NCBI GenBank assembly: GCA_000165425.1
Contig: CT868063.1
Coordinates: forward strand, 1-64,000
Reading direction: 5' to 3'
Source: Paramecium tetraurelia
Taxonomy: Eukaryota
Length of the DNA stretch: 64,000 nucleotides
Shown: positions 13,101-27,347 of the stretch, one piece after another
Numbering within the stretch: position 1 is the first letter of the stretch
How the letters are laid out: each line of letters begins with the position of its first letter
Translations under genes and position numbers: made by a program
Notes under the pieces: model-generated
What the model was told of the DNA's origin: nothing
The model's input: only the letters and a program-made list of their open reading frames with translations
The model's database searches: none

Positions 13101-15592
13101 AAAGTATGTAAGCTTTCTGCTTTTTGAAAGATGCTCAAAAAATTTACAAAAGTCTTTATTTTAGAAGATACAAGAATCCAAATTAACACCGAACAGATTC
13201 CTCTTTTGATTTTCTATTATTGTCATTAGACTATGATAATTTGCATTATCAAAATAAACTTAAGATAAATGCAAAAATTCTTGTTTCTGAGTTGAACATT
13301 AATAAAAGAATGTTTTTAATTTTGTCGTGTATGGGTTATTGGCTAAGTTTAGTTCCTAAAGGCTTTCATTTCCTAAAGTTTAACTTAGAATCAATAAATC
13401 ATCTGCACTCAATTTCTGATAGGACAAACTAAATAAATGTGTAAATATACTTCAATCTCTTTAGAGTTCGATTGGCAAATAAAGATCGATTGATAGCAGC
13501 CAACCCTTCAAAATTAATGCAATTTCTAGAGAAATTCACCTCCTATAAATTTTTAAGAGACATTAACATTTTTTCTATATTAGGAGCATGTTTAGCTTCC
13601 AAATAATTATAACTTAAATCTAAAACTTCTAATTTGTAATTTGATCCTAAATTGTTTGAATTAAAGAGTCTTTTAATTTACTTATACATTCTATTTTTAC
13701 TTAAATTCAAATATTTGATACTACTATTAAACAAGGCCTCACTTAATTTTTTGATACAATCCTTTTTCATGTTTCCTAAATTTAGATCTCTCAAATTGAG
13801 ATCATGTATTATGGTAGACTTTCTTAAAAACAAACACAGCAATTCTATGTCTTGGTCTGTAATAGGGGCACAAGAAGATAAATCTAGTTTCTCTATTTTG
13901 TTATAATAAGTTGATAGGGAAGCCACAACAGGAGTAAAAATCTCCTTATTTCCATGGAAATCTAATTCCCTTAAATTAAATGATGTTAGTTAAAATGCTG
14001 CATTATTCGATTTTTATTAATGTTCATCTTATTTAATAAATTTCGCATTTTAATCAACATTTTAGTCTACTTTGCGAATTTCCTCCTCTTTTTCTAAATA
14101 GGAACATCGTAAACATCTCAGGCATCCACTCTTTATAAATTTCAAGAGCACAAATATAATGGCATGTCTTATTTGATTAAATGAAATGTCCAAATGCTCA
14201 AAATATACTTATTCATGATTTATCATGTAGCAAATGATAGCTTCCCCATCCAATTAATTTTTCGCAACTATTAGTTTTTTGAGCATTCTATTATCCCTCA
14301 AACCAAAGATTAATGAATTAAATCCTTCGCTTTTCAATTAGTTGTTTGATAAATTGAGTTCAACCCATAAAGGATTCTACCTAAGAATGCTTGACAATTG
14401 AAATGCTCCTTAGCTGGATATATTATTATTTGATAGATTTACTACAAGAGTATTCATAAAAAACTAAGGTGGAAAACACATTATGACATTATTACTTAGG
14501 TTAATTTCATACATTTTTCTTTGAAGTAAGTCTTAGCAAGTAAATTCTTCTATTTTATTATTTGAGAGATCTAACTTCTATAGTTGTGATATCTTTCTTA
14601 AAAAAGCCTCTAAAGATGCGATACCTACCTAATGAATAAAGTTTCTTCTTAAAACCAGTTCTTTTAAATTTATCTTCCTCATATTCCAACTTACTCTCTA
14701 TGCCAAAGTGTCTAATCCCTCATTTTTGATATTAGTATCAGAGACATTTAAATATTCTAAAACTTTATCACCCTTATAATGTTATAATGCAATCCCTAAA
14801 CTTGTTAAAACTTCTGTATTAAACTACATCATTGAGATATCTAAAGCATTAATAGTTTCAGAATATCTATGAAAAATATGAATAGTTACTTTAAATTTCT
14901 TAACAAATAACTCATGGCTGTATTTGATATGTTGCAATGGGTCAGTTTGAGTTTTTTAAGATGATTTTTCCCTTTAAAAACAAATTAGCTAATGTCATTC
15001 ATTAGGTCTATAGTAAATCCTTGATTGTTGTATAAATTTATAGATTAAAGAGTTTTATGATTAGTTATGGAAGAAAATATGTATTGCAAGCAGAAACTAT
15101 TCATTTTGCATCCTGAAATATTGATCTCCCTTAATGAGGCATTATGTTATAAACCCTACCCGATTTCAATTGCTAATAGAGGGTGAATGTCCATTCCTGA
15201 GATATCTAAGGATCTAAGTCTATAGTAGTTAATAATACCTAAGACTACGAGCATTTTACAATGCTTAGCTGAAAAAGGAAAAGCATTATTAAACTGGAGC
15301 CGGAGTTTCTCCTGAGAAACCTTCTAATATTTTACGTTTTTTAAGACTGGCTAGGTTTTCTTTCAAGTATCTAATGGGTAAGAGAAAACTGATACATGTT
15401 TTATTTATTATTAAGCAGCTGTCTTAATTGCTTTTTGACTTGATATTTTTTTTAGCTTAAGATCAAAGTTTGTTCATCATTTTTATCATCTTGCTCTTCT
15501 TTAGCTTCAATCTCTATTATCTATCTTTCTTCATTGAATATTGTTTTTTTTGAAGCAACATTCAATGGCTGTGTAAAAAATAGTTATTGCAT
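10103..15592 (-). CDS. Very large RI-like leucine-rich-repeat protein with C-terminal multi-pass membrane domain (~1800 aa)
   Basis: Many LxxLxLxxN/C repeats (LRSLDISG, IEKLDLSSC, IKYLNLSKN); about 5-7 hydrophobic segments at ~10560-11470; acidic tail; introns near 15370-15394 and 10190-10212. Confidence 0.85.
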
Positions 15593-15633
15593 CAATAATT
15601 AATATGAATAATAAATTAGGAAATATAAATTTT

Positions 15634-17358
15634 TCATATTTAATAACCATTTTCTTCAATGTCTTCGTCAATCTTACTCATTCCTTCCTGTTCTCCTATT
15701 TTTGGAAAATTATTAATTAAAGTATTGTGTTTATGTTAATGTTATTTGGGTTATTATTGTTATTCATTAATATCATTTTTCATTATGAAGGAAGGTTTAA
15801 AATTATTAATTTAATGTTTAAGACCATTCTAATGTTGTTCAAATTCTTGCGTTTAGCATTTCTTGAAATTTCTTCTTCCATTTTAAACTAGCTGAGATTT
15901 GTTTTTTTCTTAATTAGAATTAGCAATAAGACCGAAAGATTTTAGATCATTCATAACAGGAACCTGTAATTTAAGGCAATTTTCATCTTCAACCTCATCA
16001 TCATCAATATTTGTTAATTTTGAGACAGGTTGGAAATTCTGCGTTTAAAAAACTGGATTTTATTTATTTAAATTAGAAGTTTAAAATTTTTGTTTTTTTG
16101 TCTCGTATTTTTACGAAAAATAAGGGTGACTAAGAGCCTCTTGAGCAGATATTCTCTCTTTAGGATTTAAAGTTAATAATTTCTAGATTAGATCACAAGC
16201 CTCAGGAGGAGTCTTATATATTGCAAGTGAGTCTAAATTTAGATGACACTTTTTGTTTAATTTCAATATTTCCTTGTATTCTGTACCTGGAAACAATTCC
16301 TTATTAGTACATCTGAAAATATTAATGTGACTAATTACAATTTATAAAAAATGCATCCAACACTGAATTCATCGCATATCATCTCATACTTCTATTTAAG
16401 ATCTCTTAAATTGGCCACTTCAGGGGCTACATAACCAGGAGTACCACATTTTGGAAATGGATATTCTTCAGCATTAGAAAATGTTGCAAGACCAAAATCT
16501 ACAATTTTTAATGAATCAAACTAATTTAGTTATTTAAACATAATGTTTTCTGGTTTTAAATCTCTGTGCATGACTCCATTTAAATGCATATGGGATACAG
16601 CTTACAGCAATAACTTTTATAAATATCAGTTTTACTTTCATGATAATCTAAATCTAATTTTGTTCCAAAGTTGTTTGTCTTCTATTAAACATTTCATGTA
16701 GACTTTCCCCAGCTAAGTATTCTAGAATCAAATAGAAGGTGGATTCTCCTTCATACAAATCAACCAATTAAATGATATTCTCATGTTTTAGTTTCTACAT
16801 GATTTTTATTTCATTAAACAAAGCATCCTACTATACTAAAAAGAATCATACATATCCACCATCTTCTTGTAAATATCTCTTATCTACACACTTTGAGGCA
16901 TATTTATCGTTGCTGCCCTTTTTAGTTACCATGTAAACCTTCTATTAGATAAAATTTCATACCTTTGCAGAGCCTCCTTTTCCCAATAAACTTTAAGGCT
17001 TATAAAAATCACTTATTTCTTTATACATAATTTATCCCTATATACAATCCTTTAATTTGTATAATTCCATAGATTGACCATAAAAATATTTTATTTTTCC
17101 CTAATAAGAAAATCCAAACTATTCCAAAATTGAGGTTTTATTTTTTGTTACCCAATGAATTTGTTTCTCTACACTAAATTCCAAAATATATTTTGGGTTA
17201 GATTATCGAGGGGACTGATAATATTAAAAATGTCAATATACACTAGATAGAATTAACTGATTGGGGAGTACTTGAGCATAATATTTTGTATCAATGATCA
17301 TATGTTTTCTATAACATGAGACTGTCAGAATGGTTTAGTCATAATTGATTGCCTTCAT
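15634..17358 (-). CDS. Ser/Thr protein kinase, CAMK-like
   Basis: LGKGGSAK, MHRDLKPENIM, VDFGLA, CGTPGYVAPE; several tiny introns. Confidence 0.92.
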
Positions 17359-17963
17359 TCTTGAAATAATATAAAATAATAAATCTTAAACATTATTATT
17401 AAACTTCTTGGTTGTACATAAATATCAAATTAAAATAATTTTAGATACTTAATTGAGTGATTTATTCCTTGGTCTTGGAGAGTCAAGAACCCCGTCATAT
17501 GTATTTTAGAAAACTTACTGAACTATAAATCGTTAGGGGATAAGAGAAACATAAGATAAGAAATCACCTTTATGAATCAAATTATCCATCATAAAGATCA
17601 ATAAACTCAATTAACGTTGAATCAATATATACAATATGATTAATCTTTATTAATATTCTAGATTTCACTTGGATTTAATGTAAAAAAATAAGATAAAACT
17701 AGAGTGATGAATGATTTGGAGAGTAAATAGTTTACTGTTTTGCATTAGATCCAATTATTATTTTTCAAAGGAAAAATATTAATATTCTTAAATATATTTA
17801 AATATCAAAATATTTTATTAATGTGATAAAGGATCTTGGGTTGTTATTGAAATTGGCAATTTAAAAATACAAAATTAGGGCAATAAATACATAAAATATC
17901 CAGTTATGCACTTAGTATTTTCATTTTATAATTTATCAAATAATTTTGTGCTTTTCACAAATT

Positions 17964-19465
17964 ATGAATACTTGTTCTTTCTTTTCAAACTAAAATTCTA
18001 AATTTGAATGGATGTTCTCAAAGTTTCCCATCATTAATTAGCAATACTAGTTAACAGATGAATTCAATGTTGTTAGAAATGGAGTTGTAAAACAAAGATA
18101 ATTTCATTTGATCAACAACTATCTGATAATCAAATCTAAAAAAGTACTACTATAATTTATAATAGGGGAAAACCAAATGGGTAAATTACGAAAATGCTAA
18201 ATTAGCAATCGTCAATGATGATCTACATGGATATGGTTTATCATTATAAAAAGGTAATGATAAGTTTGACTTTTTTGGTGATGTAGAAATCTGGTTTAAT
18301 TCAATGAGAAGATTTGCTATCTAATCAGATTTCGACTTTTTCTATGTTTTAGAGAAGTAAATTGGAAGTGGTAGCTTTTCATAAGTAAATTGTGATACAA
18401 TGTTAGGTTTTCTTAGCCAGGAATAAATACGACGGACATGAATACGCTGTCAAATATATATTGAAAAAAGAGGAGATTGTTGAAATTGATAAGCAGTAAT
18501 TAGTGAAAGAGATCTCAATTCTTCGCTAATTACAACATTAATCTATTATAAAATTACACGAAACTTTTGAAACAAGTGATGCCGTGTATCTGGTGATGGA
18601 ATATTTTAAAGGAGGAGATTTCTTATAATTTATTGAAGAGAAATAAGACGGGATGTTTACAGAAGAACAAATAGCAATAATTATTTATAAATTATTAAAG
18701 GTTATCCATTACTTACACCAAAAAGGAATCATGCATAGAGATCTAAAGCCTGAAAATATATTATTTAAGGAAAAAGGAGTGATAGAATCTTTATGTCTTG
18801 GAGATTTTGGATTAGCTGATTTTTATAATAAGGAAGGTAACTACCTATTTACAAGATGTGGAACACCGGGCTATGTGGCCCCAGAATTACTATAAGATTA
18901 ATAATACGACTATAAGGTTGACATTTTTAGTATTGGCATAATAATGTTCATATTATTGACCGGTAAAGAACCCTTTTAAGGTGACTATCACTAAAAAGTG
19001 TAATCAAACTATTTTGGAAACATAGATTTATCGAACATAAAAAACTTGACTGATATAGGAAAGGACTTCCTTAGGAGAATACTATAAGTTAATCCTTAAA
19101 AAAGATTGAATGCCAACCAAGCTTTATATCATTATTGGTTTTAGATGTTTAAATTAGCAAAACCCATGCTCTTAAATAATAATAATAAAGTTAAGAGTAT
19201 GAAGAGATTGTCCTAAATTGAAATTAAAAACCCTTCATTGAATACGCTTGCCCTTATCAGTCCAAGATTATCAAGACAGTAATCTAAAGACAAAGATAAA
19301 GGTTCACTTCCCTTAAGTCCTAATCCACATCTATAAAATTGCTTTACAAGTCGCCAATAATATTCACCTAGAATGAGTACTCATTTTACACTAAATTCTT
19401 TGGTTCTTGCAAACAAAGAAAAATAGTGTCTTAGATCTAGAATATAAAATTTGATGAAATATTGA
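17964..19465 (+). CDS. Ser/Thr protein kinase, CAMK-like
   Basis: IGSGSFS, YAVK, HRDLKPENIL, DFGLA, CGTPGYVAPE; two introns. Confidence 0.93.
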
Positions 19466-19523
19466 ATTATAAATATAAAAAGTATAATTATCTAATATTT
19501 ATTATAAGAACTCCATTTTTATC

Positions 19524-21008
19524 TCAAATCTTTGTTTTATTAATTCTATTTATTTCAAAAAAGTTTCTGTCCGAAATTAATTCTTAATCTATAAAATCTT
19601 CTTCCAAATTGAGATTTCTATTTAGAACACATAATAATAAAGAATCTTTATAGGTCAGTTTTCTATCATTTATAATTTTAGATGAATCTAATAATCCTTC
19701 CTCATTATCATCATTCTTCAAATTGTAAATTTAATTATTCTGCGAATCCTTTTCTAATGATAATTTAATGCCAATCAAATGTGATTAGTACATTTCTTCT
19801 TTTCTTAGTATAGATTATAAGAGAAACTGAATTCTGGAGACCTCATAGATCAAATTCAAATAACTGAATTTACAATTAATTAATTTGATAGTTTTGTTTT
19901 TGAATTCGCTGTAACTTTTTGGATTTATATCCAAGGAGTATAACGAACATTTAGTAATTAAGCCAAACCAGTTTTTTTTTAATTTAATCGACTTAAGTTC
20001 TGGATAATAAAACGATAAAATTTAGTCTTACATACAACGTATTAAGCATTCTTCATTAATTTTATATATAATATATTCGATTAAAAATAGAACTTCCACA
20101 ATAGACCCAATATTTGCTAATATGTCTCCAATTTCAGGGTATTACATTCTCTACACATAAGCGACTTAAGATGTTGTAATCCATAATAAAGCATAACTTT
20201 CTTCTACAAATCTTTTAGAACAATAGTCCTTTGTCCCATACGTTGTTTATTCAACGGTTTCACTTACAAATATTTTATTTAGCGGAGTAGGAAATATGAA
20301 ATCTTTATAAATCTAATAATGTGTATATTCCATGCTTATTTTAGTGATTTAGCATTCTATTTCTTCTAAAATGATTCCATATGTTTTTTTAATTTATCTT
20401 TCCATGAATGTTCTTGGATCAACTATTCTCAGAATTACGTTTACTTACAACTCATTTCCACTCTAATTAAAAAAGTCATTCATTATATCTTCGCTAGCAC
20501 ACACTTAACCTTCAACCACCATCTCTTTTGTACATCTTGCAAAAGAAATTTAATATTCGCTTTTTGAATTTAGTCTTAATTTTGGAGAAAATACATTTTC
20601 AGACACGTATTGAGAAAAATTATATCCGACTGCCTACTCTTTTCCATTTGAATAATTCTTCAGAATTGGAGTCAAGACTAGTTGGGACTAATTGAATGGA
20701 TTAATCAATTCTTTTCCATTGGCTGTATTATAGATTTCAAACTCAATCGATGCGTTAGATTCATCTAAAAGATTTTCAATGTCATCATTAAAACTATGAA
20801 TCTCTGTTGTAACAATAGGAACCATATCCATATTCATCCATCTATACATTTCATATAAAAAATAAGCTGCACTTAGTGAATAAATTATCAAAGTTAAAAT
20901 TCCTCCTAATATAGTTTTATAACTAAAATTCAATTTGTTGTTTAGAGCAGGGTTAAACTCAACTCCAAATGAATCGATTTTTCGGAAGAATTCAAAAGCT
21001 CTTTTCAT
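19524..21008 (-). CDS. Two-TM membrane protein, 'DxFG' family, paralogue A (494 aa)
   Basis: IDSFG, TILGGILT-TM1, loop Cys pair, YPEIGDILANIGS-TM2, YYPELK, IYEVSRIQF. Confidence 0.85.
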
Positions 21009-21067
21009 TAAAAAATTTGCGATTTATTTTATATAATAGTATTGATAATCAGTTTTTTCATATATTA

Positions 21068-22910
21068 TCATATCTATTTAAGCATATAATTAATTATGTC
21101 TTAAGTCAAAACGAAATTTTGATTTTATTTCAACTAAGCTATGCTCTCATTTTAATTCTCCTTTTCAACCTTCTCAAGCAGAATTTCATCTTCGAATTGA
21201 ACTCCTTCATCACCATTCTCTTCAGAAATATTAAATTCTTCAACCGCAAAGTTACTCAACTTCACTTTTTTAACTTTTGGCAACAGTTCTTGAATTTCTA
21301 CCAATTCTAAATCAGAATCTTAAATGTCCTGAAATTCATCAAAAATTGAGTCATAATCATTTGAACATCTGTTAACATCCTACTTTTCTGAGCTTTCAAC
21401 CATTAAAATTTCATTAATATCCTTAGACTATTAATTAATAGGTATTGGATCGAAATAAGAATCCAGAATTTATAATCCCAAGCCTCCTTGCTTATCTAAA
21501 GAAAAGATAAAATATTTCTTATCAAGATAGATATACTAAAACCCTCGATTTTTTAATCTTTTGGAGAATATCTAACTATTTCCAATAAGCATAGGGAATC
21601 CATTTTATGTCAAGTCACTTGTACCATATTGAAGAGAATTATCAATTAATAAATTTGTACACATTCTTAAACTTGGGAGGTTCGTTTTTACTTAGGTGAC
21701 TAATCCACAATCAAAATTGATAAAAATTGAATTTCCAATATTTGAATAACCAATTACACTTTCTGCATTAGAATAAGTTTTATTCCTGTTTAATTAGAAA
21801 TCATCTTGATCAAAAAGATCATCAAAATTTATAGTTTGATCACTGATACTCACAAACTAAGATATGCCAGTTTCCATACATCCATGTTATTATGTGCTGA
21901 ATGGATTTTTTAAATTTCTTAAATCATAAAACTGAAGATCAGTATTAGTAGATAAGACTATATATTGACTTTATTAAAATTAATGGACAGCATATATTCT
22001 ATTTGTGAGTAAATTGTGTACATCAATTGGAACAAGCACATTAGTATTTTATTTCCTTTAATCAAAGAGCTGTAGTTCTTTTTAACTTTACAAAAATAAT
22101 AAAAAGGGATTCTTATGTAAAGCAATAGATTAAATCCAAAAAGCCTCAGCTTATTAGCTAGAGAACTATTACAAAATTGTGTCCTCTGTTTTTAATTATT
22201 TATTTGTCAAAATGTATAATCTATCAAAAGCTTATTCATATAAAATTTGATTTATTTAATCAGCACTCGAATATTTCTATTAATAATAAATAATAAATAA
22301 TACAGAAACTGATTTTTCATTCTTTACTACTTCTACAGAATAGAGATGCTTTAAATAGAACCTATCATTTTATTTAATTAATTGCTAAACACCTGTGTGA
22401 TCATTTAAATATAAATCCTTTTCAGTAAACTCTTAAACTAGAAATTTGCTAGTGCCTGCACAGCATTTCCACTCTAATCTTCCTATTGATTAATGAATCC
22501 TATATACTTAATTTTTCCTCAAAAATATACTCAAGAACATTATGGTCTCTAAACTCAGAGGTCAAGGTTAAGCAATTCCTGTATTGTATTGATGAAGGTG
22601 AAAAATTTGCTTCTTTGTTTTTAATCTCTTGAATTAATTCTCTATCAAAATGAGTAGCTTTAAGTTTTTCAAGGTATTAAAGATTTGAATGTAAGTCGGT
22701 TTTATGTTTAATTTTAGGGTTTTTCAATTTCTAAAAAGGTTTTGGTTAGATTATATAGCCAAAATATTTCTACAAAATTGAATTCACTATTTTAATGTTT
22801 GGGATTTGATTGATTAGCTGCTTGCCTTTAGTTATTAATTCTTGAGAATTTTATTTTTCACTTTCAAAGCAAATGTGATATGCTACTTTTTCTTTTTTTC
22901 TTTATTTCAT
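21068..22910 (-). CDS. Hypothetical protein, possibly WD40-like propeller with acidic tail
   Basis: Code-6 ORF MKQRKKEKVAYHICF...; LQLFDQR and LQFYDLRN motifs; length implies at least one intron. Confidence 0.65.
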
Positions 22911-23107
22911 AATTAAATTTTAATATTAAAATATGATTAAAACAATTACATGTAATATCTTGTTTTGTCAAATATGTTAATCGGGCATTTCATTTGATTT
23001 ATTTGGGTTTTGATTACGAAGTTTGATTAGATATGAAGAATCTCTATTTTTGTATAAAATGAGTTGATATAATATATATATAATGACTTAATAATTATAT
23101 AAAATTA

Positions 23108-25646
23108 ATGAAACGACCGCAATCTGCAATTACCAGAGTTGATGACGCCAATTCAACAGCTAGTAAACCAATAAGGCCTTTAAGTGGTGTCAGCGATACA
23201 ACGCTTAGATTTTAGAATTCAGTTGATTAATTATTAAGCAAGGCAAATTATTCCTTATAATTAATGAATATTCATGATAGTCTATAGTTATTTGAATAAG
23301 CATTCAAAAAAGGGGAACATCAATTATCGTCTATTAGATTAGTTAAATTGGTTGAAGATGTTGTATTACAACTGGTTAAAGTAATTGTGAAATCAGAAGA
23401 TAACCTGATATCATAATAAATTTTGAACAGATTATTGATATGGTGTCAAGTAAAAAATATTTAATTTAGATTCAACAATCAAATGAAGACATTATCCATA
23501 TACGATGTCCTCCCTACATATAAGTCAGGGTTTTGAATGCCTATGGGGATTTTTTAAGAAAACAAAATAAATACGATGAAAGTACCCATTATTTATAACT
23601 TTCGTTATAAATGTTGTCCCAATACAAGTTTGATTCCTCCATAGATGAATTGGTGGGTCAAACTTATATGTTATTGTCTTCTAATTCGCTATATACCAAT
23701 CATTACGCCTAGGCAATTCAAGAGGCATAGGCGGCACTTTAACACTTGCAATAAGCTGCCATTTCAACTAATAAAATAACCGAAGAACTACATGAATCAA
23801 TCTGCGATACTTATATAAATCTTGGAATTGCAAAGGAACAAGAGAAGTAATTTTAAGAGGCTCATTACAACTATTACAGTAGTTTAGTATACTCATAATA
23901 AAACCTGAATGAAAGCAAACAAATGAAGATACAATAGATTTATGATTAATTTTTATCGAGATAGGCAGCCTATCTATAGAAGCTTTAGTTTTAATAATAA
24001 AAGTCTTTAAAACAAATCAACTCCGTCACAGGATTCAATCAGAAAAAACCATAGTAATCAGCATTACTTCAATAACCCTTCGTAGATTTGGTCAAGAATG
24101 CCGCAGATCAAAGTAATGGAAAGTTAAATAGTAATTTTTTCAAAAAGAAACAGAAAATCATAAAATCTGTTGAAAGATAAAAACAAAACGAGGAAAGAGC
24201 CATCCTAAAGTTCAAGCCCTATTTGAATAAAATGCCAGGATAATCTAGTTAAGTTCTAAAATTCAAACCCAATTAAATGTTATTAAACAGTTAAATACCT
24301 AGACCTTAATCTCCTTTAAAATAACCGTTTGTAAATAATGGTATTAAAATCATGAAGGTGAGTAACAAACCGGAATATAAAGTATAGAATAAATCCTTGC
24401 CCTCATATAAATCAGATATGTTTTTAGCTAAAAAATTATAAGGTTAACAACAACAATAACCACAACCATAATAGTTCTCATCATCCACATCATAATTGAA
24501 TTCCGCTAAGATTTATAGTAGCAAGTAGACCTATGGGTAATCTTAATAGACATTTCAATCTGAAGTACTCTATAAGAATAAAACAAATTAAATCGTGAGT
24601 CAATAAAGTAACAATGTGCATTAGGTCCCATCCAAATTTATTCAATATCTTGAATAAAATATCAACGAATCCAATTTATTAAAGAATGGAAATGTATAAT
24701 TATTGTAATCATACCACAATATTCATTTGCCAAGCATCGAGGTAAAAACTTCAATATTTTATAGAGTTAATCAGGAATTCAAGAGATTTATTAAGGCACC
24801 ATGAGCATTTACCTATTTTCTTAATAAAATATTCTATATTTCCAATATTTAGCAAGTGAGATCACAGATTAATTTGCTGTAAATTTGGGACCTAAGAAGA
24901 TTAAATTAATCGGCAATAGTCTTAATGTTAGCGATGTAAACAATCAATTTAATACAATTAACCAAAACCCTTTAGGAATGAAAAACGTATTATTAAGTTT
25001 CAGTGTTGAGTATTTCAGATATGCAAAGATAAACTTAGATAAGCAATGCTTTTAACTCCCTTACAATTAGGCAAACTAATTTTACATTTACATTCCTGAA
25101 CAGAATTAGAATCTATTAATTCAAGTGAAAAACGAATATGAATCTTTGGTCTTTTTAGTTGATTCATTCGAAGAGAACGGTCAAAATTCAAAAGACTAAG
25201 AAATATAACCGATATTCAATCATAAATCTAATTCGGTAGTTTCTGATGAAATTCATCCCTTATTAGCTGAATAGATCAAATAAATTGATGAAGATGTGTA
25301 ACCAGTTTTTGAGGAATAGGAAGAGAAGCTTGCTACATCATAAGAGTATTCATAAGATTTTGAGCCTACTCCTATAATGGAAGAGGCTCCACAGGATAAA
25401 TTTATTCAGAAGTCCTCTTCTTTACCCTAAAATAATAATAATAAAAATCAATATGACGGCATGGAGAAGTTCACAATTAAGATAGAATCTGAGGATCAGA
25501 GATAATAAGTGATAGAGGTTTATGCAACAGATAAAAAGTAATAGCAAGATGAAGAAATAAAGGAGGAGGAAGATCTTGAATTGAATGCAGCTGCTTTATT
25601 AATTTAAAAGAAGTTTAGAGAAAAAAGAATGAATTTGAAACATTGA
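23108..25646 (+). CDS. TPR-region protein with Q-rich middle and C-terminal IQ motif
   Basis: MKRPQSAITR...; TPR-like ICDTYINLGIAKEQEKQFQEA; C-terminal AAALLIQKKFREKR. Confidence 0.8.
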
Positions 25647-25712
25647 TTGGTTGTTTTATTATATAAAACATAATATTTAATATGTAAATATTAATAAAAT
25701 AAATAATATAAA

Positions 25713-26391
25713 ATGGGAGGAGATCATCATGAAGATCACGATTCAGCTTTATCACATGAAATAAAAGCCGAAGAAATTAAGAGATTATAACCCTTCTACC
25801 AAAAGAGATTACCATATATATTGAGACCATTTGCATCTTTCATTTATCACAGTGTTCCAACTATCAACACAGATAATTACGAACACAAACCAATAGAAAA
25901 TTATTGTAAATATGTCATATCATTTAAATAGCTGAGTCCCAGATTATCAATAGAACCGTGTTTGCCCTTCAAAAATTACAGCTTTTGAATCCCAATTTCT
26001 TCACTCCATAAGAGTATTAATAAATCAATATTTATTAGAAATCGTATATTGTCCCCATTACCTTCTGGCATAGTGTCATATACCCTTCAATTCGCTTGCT
26101 CAGCCATGAATGCAATTTACGGAGTGTATTTATATAAGACATGGAGTATCAATGCTAAATCAATTGGACTTTGGGCAGTATTTTTAGCTACCCAATAAGT
26201 ATGCCTTTAATACCCAAACTTCTTAAGTGAAGTAAACTATCAATCTAAATATAAAGACTCTAATTCAATGGCCAAGAAGAAGAAGATTAGCAAAACAATA
26301 TCTTGAAATTTATGGTCCAAATTATTTCCATTAAATCATCGACCCAAGATTCAGTGTTCATAAACTAGAAACATTAAAAAACATTGCATGA
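25713..26391 (+). CDS. Small membrane protein with His-rich N-terminus (MGGDHHEDH)
   Basis: Three tiny introns give a continuous ~200 aa ORF with about two hydrophobic segments. Confidence 0.8.
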
Positions 26392-26424
26392 GAGATTAAT
26401 AAAATCATAAAACAAATAATAATT

Positions 26425-27118
26425 TCATTTCATTTTATTATTGTTATTGTTTGTGCCATTCTTTTATTATTAATCATGAATAGGCAATTCATTTTATTTC
26501 AAAATTTGTATTTATTATTTTAATGCCTTATTTTCTTATAGATATGACTGCTTCTCCTATTCTAACTGTTTTACCTCCTATTGGGAAATGTCCCTATAAG
26601 CTAATAAATCTTCCTTTAACGAATTATATTTATTTTGCATATCCTTGTGATCGTCGATTATTTGCTATATTTTCTTTTTATCTATGTGTTGCTGAGTGTT
26701 TTCCTTCTGATTCAATTAGCATGAAGATAATAGGTTGTTTTTAAACATCTTTTGTTGATATTAATAGTTGGTTTCAATCCGAAGCAATATTCGTGGCTAT
26801 TCTATGTCATCTTCGATAAAATTTCCATCATATTGATCATCCTTAGGATCGAATAAAGTAATCCTATTTAATCTTGTAAATATACCATCTCACTAGATTT
26901 AATTATTTAGTTAATTATTTAGGAGGAAAACTAATGCTTCCAATTGTAATGCTGCCATCTTTGAGGATTATTTTGAATTCTCTGCCTTCAATCAAAGTTG
27001 ATATTGGTAATTAGGAAACTAAATGAGTTTCAACCGTTTAGGAATTGGATTATATTGCAAAGTAGAGTTTATGAAATTAACATCCTATATCAACATCATA
27101 CAAAGTCACTTATATCAT
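26425..27118 (-). CDS. Hypothetical protein, C2-like N-terminus plus coiled coil
   Basis: MIQVTLYDVDIG...IGSISFP...WITLFDPKDDQYDG; coiled-coil C-terminus; one intron. Confidence 0.7.
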
Positions 27119-27347
27119 ACCTGATAAATTGAATATATATATAATTTCAAATTTTATTAATGTGTTTTATTCCTTTAGTTATTTTAGGAGATTTTAGATT
27201 CTTTAAGATTCTAAAGATTAATTCTACATAAGGTTAACCATGAGATTTGAATTTACAATCAATTTTAATTAGAATTCTCAAAATAATAAGCTATTATAAT
27301 GTTTAATTGATTAGTAAATTAAATATCAATTGATTGATTTCATTATT

